A DNA stretch of 64,000 bases, taken from Raillietiella orientalis (Eukaryota). Positions 15,901-26,710 of the stretch are shown in pieces (the stretch's first letter is position 1; every line of letters begins with the position of its first letter). The notes below the pieces were generated by a model. It worked only from the letters and a program-made list of their open reading frames with translations. It was not told where the DNA came from and made no database searches. Position numbers and translations under genes: made by a program. The stretch is taken from positions 1,674,001 through 1,738,000 of the forward strand of contig JAYWIR010000017.1 in the NCBI GenBank assembly GCA_036172245.1, read 5' to 3'.

Positions 15901-16649
15901 TTCTACCTTTTACCATCTATCTCTTATGTTTATCGGGAGCTGTTGAAGTTATCTAATTTTAGAATCATGAAGAAGATTAGATTAGATTCACACAAGATTT
16001 AGACAAGATTAGATTTGCATTTACACAAATCCATTAACTTTGCATTTATATTCGCTTGCATATTTTGCAGTTTGATCCACCACGTGTTTCGAAGTAGGCT
16101 GGCCTCATATTGGAACTACTGCCTGAGAAGGAGTATGTGCGTCATCCTACCACGTGCTTTTCGGACGATGATGGATAGTTGGAACGTCCGCTGTGAAGCC
16201 ACATCTTCTTGTGAATCCTGCTGCTCAGGAAAAAAAAAATCTAGAGTCACATGCGAAGAGGAGAGGGATCCCCTTGAATGCGAACTTCTGAGAATACAGC
16301 TAGAAAATTCTGGAAAAGACGAAGACAGTTATCTGAGTGAATATCCTCGGAGATGTCGCGAGCTTAGTGCATACCAGACAGCTTACTTTCCTGAACGCAA
16401 GATCAGCGACCCGTGTTTGTCTGATCAGGACGAATTTTAAATTCATGACTAGAAAAAGTTATTCAACACTGTGCTTACGAATACAAAATATCATACCTAT
16501 AATCATCGATCTTTGCTTAAGAAGTGCAGAAAAAGCAACTCTTTGTTTTTTTTTTTTTTTTTTTTGAAGAAAAGCATTTTTTTTTTGTTTTAGAAGAACC
16601 ATGGAATGAGCATTTGGTGTGCAGATCGCACGAACTCAGATAGATGAGA

Positions 16650-16860
16650 ATGAGACATATGTGTCAAATCGGCAACTAATCGAGAAATTCTGCCGCTTCT
16701 CGAACTGAATCCAGAATGCACACGAGGAATGAAGCAGAATTTCTCATAATGGCAATGGCAAATTATGAAAGGCACGATTTTCACACAGGATCAGACTTTG
16801 AGACGGACATCATATTGTCAGCTAGTGGGAAATGCATATCAAGTTTGTGGAGAGCTAAAG
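16650..16860 (+). pseudogene. Possible degenerate death-domain-like fragment
   Basis: Frame LLELNPECTRGMKQNFS*WQWQIMKGTIFTQDQTL...CQLVGNAYQVCGELK loosely fits the C-terminal half of a death domain and contains an in-frame stop. Confidence 0.25.
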
Positions 16861-19800
16861 CTTCGGATTTGTTGGGGGTATCTGTGGTTTCATGTATGGT
16901 TTGTTGGTAGCTCCAACTGGGAAGGATGCCTCTGGTTTAGTGTCATCTGCAGCTTCTGGTTTCTCGCTTGCCAGATATCACACGTTCTGTTGCTGCAGGA
17001 TCCACGCACGCACACACAAAACATCGATGGAAGCTTTCAAGAGATCTTTGGTCGTCTATGAGAGACCAGTACGGTATGTCTAATCATCCTGCATATAACC
17101 CATTTAGATTTGAGAAATTGCTGCAGCAAGTCAGGAAAAAAAATCACTATTCACTCCTGGCTGGTTTGGTTGGGTGCTTGTTTCTTCATCTTTGCTAGAG
17201 ATGAGGTGAGTCACACAAGTCGTAGAAAAGAATTGGTAATTACGTTAGGGCGCGCCAATGACTACAGGAAATTCCAATTCATCACTATCAATGGATTTTC
17301 AGGCTTTCCTCTGTAGGCACGAGACTCTTCAGTGTTCAGGGATTCAGGGACATGTGGAAGAGATCAAAGATCTCAAACACACTCAAGCAGAACCAGAAAT
17401 CATTGGGAAATTCTCGTCTCACAAAGTCCGCTTTTCTCTTCAGAGGGATCTCTAAAAGAGTAATCTGCTGAAAACGAACAGCTAAGATTGCTGTGAACGT
17501 TTAAACGCAATTTGCATTTTGACCTCTGAAGGAAGCACATTAATGAAAGGAATAGGTTACTGCTAAGTTGCAACCGAGAGAACAGCCCAGATGGAACTTT
17601 CTGCTCGTGGCCCTTTTCCACCATGGTCTGATCAAAGCGGAAATCGGTACTACCTTCATAAGTTTTTCATGAAATACAGACTCAGTAAACGGGCGATAGC
17701 AGAAAAACAACATCCGCCGGGCGTGGCTGGGGCTTACAGAGGAAAACAAGGAAAAGAGGATCTTTCTACTTCTGCTGGGCTGACTACCGGGCAACATAAT
17801 GACACATCCAAGAATGCGATGTCTCATCGTGAGATCTCTAGGAAAAAAGATCTATGCAGGTGATTAGTTTCTACATGAAAGAAACCGAGCATCAAAAGTT
17901 GTGATTTTAATTATTTATGGAGTGCTAGATGGGGATTCGTCTTCTAATGGTTGCTCCAAGAAATTATCTGGTTTGCTTACGCGATAACACTTACAGTGAG
18001 TTGCCCATTGCATGATATCCAAGTCCTAAGAAACGGAAGCTAACAAGCTAAGAAGAATAATATCGGAAACCAAGGAAACATGAAATTTGCATTGCTCCCA
18101 TTTCATCCTCTGCTAGAATTGTGATTTTGATTTGTTTTTTCCAGTCTGCTGTAACTCCATGCTTTTTACGGAAGTTGTTTACATAAATCTTTCCTTCTAA
18201 ATTCTAATCTTGTGCTTTGTGTTTGCATTGTGCATTATTTGCATCGCGAACCTCAGAATAAGGTAAGAGGAGGTTCTCAAAACCAAAAATGAGCCGTGCT
18301 ATAAGTCTGTCGGTCTCTTTCTAAGTGTGAGCATAGTGAGCACCACCAAGAGTATAAACGGCATTAGACGCAACAGAAGGCGAGATCAACAGATCTTTGA
18401 CCGGAGCACATGGGATCTCCTGAATTCAAACCATCGTCGAAATAAGGAGAAATTATAGAGCGACTGTCACATTCATCTGAAAGAAATGATGCATCCGGAA
18501 CTCCTGCTTTGAGAGGAAGGGCGTCTCTTAGGTCCAACCGAGACCTAAGATTTCACCCGAGAGATGAAAAATCCACAGGATCAAATTTTCTTGGGGTCAC
18601 ATCAAGATCGAGAACTCTGCAGTGATTTATCCAGTCAAAGTGAAGAGGGCAGCAGCAGAGTTGGAAATCAGCGCCTCTTAGAGGGACCAATGTAGCATGA
18701 AGTATGTGATGTCATCTCCTCTTATAATGAGGGGAGAAAATTTACGAGGAATTCGAAACTTCAACAGGAAGAAGGGAGAGCTGCGATGTTTTCAAACTAG
18801 AAGCAAACGAAACCCTAGGTACTTGCTCTGCTTCCTAAACTGTTCTTCTGTAAGAAGACATGAAAGAATTTCTGAAAAGATACATCATTTAAGACGTCTA
18901 AAGATGAAATCCTACTTGTGCCTGTTCTCTGAAAAAATACAGGTGTATTGGAAGTACAAAATCTTCGAAAGGTGTAGATTGCAAGCGACGAGCAGCGATT
19001 TCTACAAGATTTCAGTATTTTCGGTCTTCCGGTACCAAATTACAAACAAACAAAAGAGATTCCAAAAATACTCACGATTTACGAGTTGAAAAGGTGAGAA
19101 AGGTAGGTAGATTCTTTATTCTTATGCTCCTCTGGAATATTACGGCACAAATGTAATTGTGTACTTAAGGGCTTCACATTTATTACCTGTAAAATATTAC
19201 ATTTTGGGTGAGATTATAGCATAAATGTTTTGTTCAATACTTTACACATGTCTCAATGCTTTGAGACGAGGATTCTTCAAAGCATCGAAGAATCCTCGTT
19301 TCTTCACCATCTGTCAATGAAAATGTGCAAGAACGTCTTTCAGAGCTGTTAAGTTGAGAAAAATCAGATGTGAAATACGAGAAAGGAACTTCTCAAGAGA
19401 AACGAAAGAACGAAAGCGATCTGTGAATCTTAATCCCGATCAAGGACTGCTCGTCCTCATTCTATTAGATCATTTGTTAAGCGCAATACATTTTTCTCTA
19501 GAATGGGAATCTACACTTTATTTATCCATTAGGAACCGTGGCCCCTAGTTAGAAACCATCTTTTCACGACATGCTTCTTTTAAGCGCCACATGACAGCAC
19601 CGTCCGTTTCTTGGTCATTTATGAGTTTCCTCAAAAAGTTTTTGCTGCTGTTATGTTTTCTGTTTGTTGGCTATTTGATTTGCACTGGTATTTCCTTTGA
19701 GTTCCACGAACAAAACTCAAACTCGACATTTGAATCCGATCAAAGGTATCGGCAGTTTTCCAGACTTCCACAAGTAGAGTGATCGGTGTCTGATCGGATG

Positions 19801-21729
19801 TTAACTTTTCTGCTCATCCAAGGAAACTAATCCAATTTACATTCTATAATAAGCGAAGAGAAAGCAAAGTCATAGTTCATCTTACTCTTCCTTACTTCCT
19901 TCTGATTAAAAAAAAATTCCTTCCTGAGACGTGTATCATCGCAAGGGAGAAGTCGTCATTTATTATTCTCAAGTACTAGGTATCATCATTACACTTTCAT
20001 CCACCTTATTCTCCGCTTATCTTCACCTCGTTATTCATTGTTTTTGCTACATGTTTGTTACATCACAGTTTTTCTTTCCTAAAGATAAGAAATTCTCCTG
20101 CTTTCGCGTACTTAGCAGGCTATTCCGAGTCTTTCGTATCTGATTTATGGTCCTCTATTACAGGTTTCATCACTTCCTCTCGCCAGGGTGGAAGAGATAT
20201 CCTCCACTTCTGGGTAAATGGCCACTACTATCCACTTCCGGGTTAATGGTGTTTCCTCTTAGCTATATTTTGGGCAATTTTTTTATGTGTATCCAAAGAT
20301 AGATTTCTTCACGCGGAAGGATGACAGCAAGGGTTTTTCATCAAAAGTTGAAAAATCCGCGCTTGAGAATGCCAAGGGCCGATTTTCGTCTGCGCTGCTA
20401 TCATTAGCTTGTAGGTAATGTGATTGCAGCTCCCTGACTCACAATTCTTCTGAAGATATGCATTCTACAAGTATGTAAATTTATTTACACTTCGTCATCA
20501 AACCGTGCTGAATGAGAACGGGATATGGCACTTTACTCGACAAAGTAAGAGGTTGGATATTCAGCTAATTGAAATAGGGAGATCTGCGTCAAGAAGTCGG
20601 GAGAGTATAGGATATTATAACTAGGCTCCAAAACCCCATAATCCGATTTGATGCAAGATTTTTATTCCACAAGAGATGTGCATAGCCAGAGTAAGTTTCA
20701 GTGGTTTCAGATGCGAGTTCATTGCGAAGCATTCCCTTTTTAGGGCTTCTTTATCAGTGCTTTTACACAAAATTGAAAGCTCCTCAACCAAAAAATCCTT
20801 TGCCAAAACAGCCATCTTTTCCTAATGAAAAAGTATCCATCATTTCGTAATTGAGAAGCTGTGTATGGATCGTAAATTGAGTTTTCGAGGAGACGATCTT
20901 GAAGTTTTTATTAGCTTCAATGCTGCTCTGCAGAATGTTGTTCGGCTACTCTGTCGTAGATGCTATTCATTCAAAGAAAAACGATGACGATGAGGTTATT
21001 TGCGGACCGTGAATCTAAAGAATAGGTCTTCAGCAAAGGGTACATCCCTAAGTGTGAAAGGTCTCTTAAAATAAAAGACAGTATGGTATCGATCGTAGCT
21101 AAACACTGTGCACCCATTTCAAATTAAGTGAGTGGAAATCCACTTGGGATTAACGTGAAAAAGAGGGTAAGATTCAGAAGGTCCAACTTCATATCTACTT
21201 GAAATTGTAATCTTGATAGAACTCAAAGGGCTCTTCTGAAGAGAAGACATACTTGTGTGATTCATGAAGCTGAATGATGTCTCACTAATTAAGCAGTTTG
21301 AGAAACCTGTGCTTTAGTGGGAAGATCAAAAAGACAGGAGGGAGTACTGTGGAAGATAGTTTTGCGAGATTTGGGATTCGGCAACGAAACTCGAAACAAG
21401 AGCAATATTCCTTTTTGAAATGATCATCGGCTATTTTTTTTATTTGCTTTTGTCCAGTAGTTTGCCACAGCTACAATTAAGGAGATCCACAGAGAGCCAA
21501 AAGTTCTGATCAGGTTCCATGAAGTAACTGCAAAGTGCAAAGGGTCGATGGGATGATGGAAATCCTTTTGGGTTCTTTGTCTTCGCTATTTTCTGCCTTC
21601 CAGCATTTTTTTTCAGTTTTTTCAGATTTTCTTTTTTTTGGTTTGCTAATTACCTCAATACTAAGTACCTCAAGAGCCAGTCGCGTGCCTCGTGGCTCGC
21701 GTGGCTCTTTAAGACTGTTCCACGCCACC

Positions 21730-23760
21730 CACGGAGGGTGTGTTATTCTTCAAGATAAGGGACACCCCTATTGGGGGTCCGCCCTTTGAATCCAGGAAGG
21801 GCTCGAAGTCCGTTCCTCTCACTCTTGGAGAGGGGGGATCGCACTTCCCACCCTGATTATCTCCGAAGGGGAACCCAGAAGGGAATCTCCTTCCTCATTC
21901 TCTCTGGAGGGATCCCTCCGGAAGGGGGATGGTCCTCTTTATTTCATTTTCTCCGAAGGGAACCCGGAAAGGATCCGCTAGTAGGAATTTCTTCTCCGGA
22001 GGGAACCCACAAGGAAACCGCTCCTCTGAATAGAACCCCGAAGGGACGCTTCCGAGATTCAGAAGGGGCGCTGCAGCTTCCCGCAGGGGGATCGCTCTCG
22101 CTTGCTTCCTTTCACTCTTCTGGAGAGGCGTCCCCCCGCAACAGGGGGGATCCACTCCTGGAGACAACTGGAGAGGTGTCTGCGAAGGCTCCAGCTCCAT
22201 CTTGAACCGGAGGAGTCCCCCCGATGTGGGGGGCTAGCTCTTCATTGTACGACCAGCGGGAGTACTCCCCACTTCTTGATTCCTGGAAGGACCCGAAGGT
22301 CGACTCCCATTGTTCCGGCCTTCATCGGGAACCGCCAGTTTTAATCGCTACTGGTGCCACGCCCGAATGATTAGGCCAACCAGCGCCATTGCAGGAGAAA
22401 CCTGGAACCCAACGACGCAGTGGAGTCAGTTTCTGCCGGAGTATTCGGACCCGTGACGCATGGTGCCACGCGCGGAAGCCTTAACCACAAAGTCTCCGAC
22501 GCGGGCAGAATTCTATTTGAACATGAGCTCCACGTTTCGTGTTGATGGCTCACAGGGAAGGGAGGACATGAAGGATGGCTTTTCGGATGTTCAGTTCCTT
22601 CCTGGAGAGTGCTCAGAACAAGTGAAGCTCTCAAACGAAATTGTTTCTTTCTTGAGCATTGAGATTTTACAAATTCTCTATGTCGTGTCAATAAGCAGGT
22701 CCCCAAAATCTGACTAGATGTTATTGATTGCAGGCAGCATTATTGGTTGGGCAAGCATTTTCCAGCTCTTCCCCGCACTCTTAAGAAATCCACAACCTGA
22801 TCGAGAATGCCATTTTCCTACTTCCCTTTTGCAGTTTTCAAAGGATCTTTTTTCAAGGATTTTCCTCGATATTTCCCTTTGCAGGGCAAATTTTGCATGT
22901 TCAACGGTTTCTCTTCGCGGCAGAAGGTGTTTCAAAGTTTCTTTTGGGTGTTCCCCGCGCATACATGCTCAGCAAGCACCCCGACGGTTCGCTTCATCGA
23001 GCCATTCCCAAGTACAATCCTGTAGATTGGTTTTCTGCATCCGGATCCATGTGGCATCAAAGGAAAGAAAAAAATCCAAGTCTCACTCGTCTTTACTACG
23101 TGGACCCACGCACAGATGCCCCCCGAGCCCTTTCATTTCCCATTTTCAGATTCGCCCAAAAAGCATTGTCGGAGCTACTCAGCACCCCTGATATCGGGGA
23201 GAAACTTCGGGAGAAGACATCGCCTTATTAAACTCGACTGCTGCAAGATGCACAACCCCATCAGTTCGAATGCTCTCGCTCTGCGTCTTGCAGTCCGCAG
23301 ACCAATTCCTGAGAATCGCACGTGTTCTCACGATAGGGTTTCCAGGATTCGCTTTCCCATCCTCGGCAAGTAAAACGGGAAGTTTGCTAGAGTTCTGCCC
23401 GGTTCTTGTAAATTGTTTAGGATGAACAGCGCAAGCGGCTCTTCATCTAAACGGATTCTCGACTTTCATCCGATTCCCTGCAATTCCCTACAGAGGAAAA
23501 GAGGATCATTTGATCGTGATGACCCTCGGAAGAGCGGCTCTGGAGCGATGGTCTCCTGGAACTGGGAAGAAGGTTCAAAGAGCTCCCGGGACAGCTGGAG
23601 CCTCGGCCGTTCCGGGAAGCAAGCGGATTCTAGATGCTTCGTCGGTGGTAGCATCGTCCCCACTCCGTCCGCACCCTTTTCCGTGTCTGTGCTGAGGGGG
23701 ACTTGCATCCCCAGACTGTTTGAGGTGCAGGGCGACTAAATCGTTCCTGCTGTTTCTCAC
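21730..23760 (-). mobile_element. Degraded non-LTR retrotransposon (L1/Tx1-like) ORF2 3' part plus ~600-nt hairpin-rich putative 3' UTR
   Basis: Frameshifted minus-strand coding debris includes a GIGL (GGLGL-like) motif near 23300-23310. It lies next to a clearer L1/Tx1-like copy. 21730-22330 is a GC-rich array of short hairpins. Confidence 0.45.
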
Positions 23761-23774
23761 CCGGGTGCGCCGGG

Positions 23775-24565
23775 GCATTTATTGCTAAACTATCCGGGAA
23801 CAGAGTTCCCGGACAAAGGACACAGAAAAAACGAAGGGAGGGATCCCCGACACGCAGGTCGGTAAACCGAAAGTCCGGAACGGAAGGGAGGGAACCACAA
23901 ATACACATATAAAAAATATAAATAAAGATATGGGAGGGTAGGGGACAGGGGTCTTTGGTTTGGGCCGTTCCTTTCCTTCAGAACCGGCTATGGATGCCGG
24001 TGATCTCGCTCCTAACGTCCTCTGGAAGATGGGCCCACTCGGCAGCCGACGTCATGTTCTCGTCGGCTATTCCGGTGGCCTGCCGACGAATCGCCTGCTT
24101 CTCCAGCTTTCGGTGGGCCTTATCGATGGCGCTGGTGCAACAGACCGTTGCGATGACAGCACCTAAGGACAGGCCACCTGGCGTGAAGAAGCGGCGCATC
24201 AAGTCTGTTGCGGTGTCCCCCTGGTGCAGGAGAGCTGAGGGCAGCCTCCGCCACAGTCCTTGGAAGGTATTGCAGTCCAAGAGCAGGTGGGAAAGCGTTT
24301 CCACCCCACCGCACCTTTTGCAGTTCGGGGAGACAACTACCCCGGAAACACGGTTCGTCTGCTGATTGAAGTGAAAACCCAATGCACCAGCATGATGACG
24401 TCTTGCTTCCAAGAAAGGGGGAACACAGAAGTGTTCAAACAGGAGGGAGGGACCACAAGTTCTTCGGGAGGCACACTCAAAAGTTCGCTCCACCGAAGGA
24501 GTCTCTTCGCGATGTTGCGAGGAGTGGCGGCGTCTGCCAGCTCGCTAGTCCTCCAGCTGCCCATG
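23775..24565 (-). mobile_element. 5'-truncated L1/Tx1-like non-LTR retrotransposon 3' end (zinc knuckle, C-terminus, 3' UTR)
   Basis: CKRCGGVETLSHLLLDC CCHC motif at 24272-24323 is typical of the ORF2 C-terminus. Stop at 23978, followed by a T-rich 3' UTR with perfect hairpins (TCCGGGAAC-AGA-GTTCCCGGA) and AATAAA at 23783-23778 (minus). Confidence 0.75.
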
Positions 24566-24569
24566 GGTC

Positions 24570-25018
24570 GGGTAGTTCCTGCGATGGTGCAGGAGACCTC
24601 TCACCTCCCATCGTTCCTGCTGTTGCACTGCTGCGGTGCCGTCCAGAAGCTTTTTGGAGGAGGCTGGCTGGCTAGCTGACTTCAGCGCTCCTGCACCCGG
24701 AGGATGCTGCTAAGGACTTGCCCCGGGGATTCTTCGTGGGATCTGATGGCATAGTCGCGACGGGCGCCGTAATTGCCACGTCACGCTGCATCCGTGCCAT
24801 TTGCTGGAGTTTCGAGAGCAGCGAAGGGTGGGCACCTGTGTGGCAGCTGTCTGCACGAGGACGTCTGCATTAGAAGTCAAGAAAGAGATCGTCGCTATCC
24901 AGAGGCGGTTCTGCCTGTGACCTCTGTCCCCACCCTCCACTTTATCTGATTTATTTCTTCTCCGATTCCGTTTCCGGACTTTTAGAAATCCCGACCTGAG
25001 TGTTGGTACACCCTCCCC
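24570..25018 (+). mobile_element. Second, diverged L1/Tx1-like 3' end in opposite orientation, joined back-to-back with the previous copy
   Basis: Plus-strand ...LLLHC...FWRRL...LTSALLHPEDAAKDLPRGFF...GAVIAT...KEIVAIQRRF aligns with minus-copy LLLDC...LWRRLPSALLHQGDTATDLMRRFF...GAVIAT...SEITGIHSRF. The 3' UTRs also match (TTCCGGACTTT, CCGACCTG). Confidence 0.75.
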
Positions 25019-25092
25019 TTAACTTCTTTTGTTTCCTAATGAAGCTTTTGTTGTTTCGAGATCAGCTTTACCAGCTCGCCTGTTTATTCGTC

Positions 25093-26160
25093 TTAATCCT
25101 CTAGAGCCCGAGTTCTTTTTACGGCTATAAAAAAATTTATGCAAAGTAAAATTAACAAACACCAACCTCCAAATGCAAATCAGTGATGAATTAAGTAGTT
25201 TGAATGATTTCATTATAACGAATATGTTTCGTAACTTCGGGGTCACAACGGCGTACAACGTTCGCACTTGTGCGTATAAAAGTCCATCCATCTCGTGCAC
25301 GACTCTTCGTATCCTCAACGGCAGATCCTTTCGTCTCTGATTGTCAAACATTCCAGATCTTGGTGATCCGTAAATTGATATAACAACCAAAGAATCGTTC
25401 TATTTCATTAGATGAAACATCTATGGGTTTTTCTGGATCGCGCTGCAGTGCATGTGTATTGGTATACTGGACTATACCGATGCATATGCACAATATAGTT
25501 GACTATACTATATTACTCATAATCTCGTCATCAAATAATTTTCGGAAGTCATAGGAGAGTAGGGTGCTTCAGGATCTTCTGGACAATTTCCTTTCCAACG
25601 AAGGTGAAGACTATTTTTCGGATGGTATACTCACTGCCAAGAGATTCTTTTCGTGATTTTAAATTATCATCATCTGATGATGATTCCCTATGCAATTCAC
25701 CGTCGTTATCCATAATATTTATATGTCGTCGGGTAAATATTATTGGCCGATCTCGGTCCGAGTCAGATTCTAATAAAGAATCCTCGGTTCTATTACTGCT
25801 AGTGCTTCTTCTTATTCTTACTACTATTTTTTTTCATATGCTTTGGTATTCATATTCTAGCCTTCCAGTATATAAAACTGGAAAAAAAAAGGAAAACACA
25901 AGCGTCGTCGCAAATAGACAGAATCCGACCATTAGAGATCATTGTGACCTGAAAGTCACAAAGATGCATCATGTGAAAATAACAACAAAATGATTGTTCA
26001 AATGCAAGCAAATAAGAGATTATTGATACACAGACCAAGAGCTATTAGGTAGGCTTTTTTTGTTTATAAAAACACCGATAGAACGAAAAATAATAACAAC
26101 TGCACATTTATAGACAACTCGCAAAAGCATTTATCTCGATATCTCGGGTTAGAGTTGATA
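25093..26160 (-). mobile_element. Internally deleted piggyBac-like DNA transposon
   Basis: Frameshifted SPM..FRKLFDDEIMSNIV...IVQYTNTHALQRDPEKPIDVSSNEIERFFG...SIYGSPRSGMF matches the N-terminal part of PGBD-type (DDE_Tnp_1_7) transposases. One end is TTAA-TCCTCTAGAGCCCGAG at 25093-25112, with a degenerate counterpart CTCGGGTTAGAG at 26143-26154. Confidence 0.75.
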
Positions 26161-26552
26161 TCCATTACCAAGGTTGTTGTTGGTTACCAAGGAGACGTTA
26201 TAGAACAAGATGTACTTTGGGGTAAAAAATCAAATAAACCAATAAGATATCAATATATTAGTTTGCGACTTCAAAGTCACACCAGGCTATAAATGGTCAT
26301 ATGGATACCCAGGCACCACCGGGTGAAAATCTCCATGCCGAAACTGAGAGCAAGGCGCACCATCTTATCCAGTTCATGCATGGGACCGACTCCCCGTGGC
26401 TTCGGATATCCCGAGATCTGGCAGACATGGCGAAGACTATCTAGCGAGTAGTCGGAGGAGAAAAGTCAAGGAAATGCATGGACGGAGCCCTTCCTCAGGG
26501 CTAAGGAAACCCCCATGGTCAGTTTCCACCTTCTTCCCCTTTTATCCTACAG

Positions 26553-26710
26553 AGACTTCCGAAAACTTTAAACGCGGAATCCTAGATACAGAACCTGTGA
26601 GGAGGTTCTCACGGTGGACGGGTCGCTGGTCCAGGGACAACATGCTGAATCTGCATGCTATAGTCATCCGAGACGAGGAGAATGGTCGTCGCTGGAGTTC
26701 CTACGCGTCT
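26553..26710 (+). pseudogene. 5' half of a death-domain-like exon interrupted by the 20.8-kb insertion
   Basis: Strong acceptor CCCCTTTTATCCTACAG ends at 26552. Frame TSENFKRGILDTEPVRRFSRWTGRWSRDNMLNLHAIVIRDEENGRRWSSYAS continues in frame at 47519 once the insert is removed. Confidence 0.55.

Noticed and set aside
20620..20930. Possible BTB-domain remnant (KIVSSKTQFTIHTQLL...AKDFLVEELSILC, minus strand)
   Set aside because: Similarity too weak and fragmentary to support without a search.
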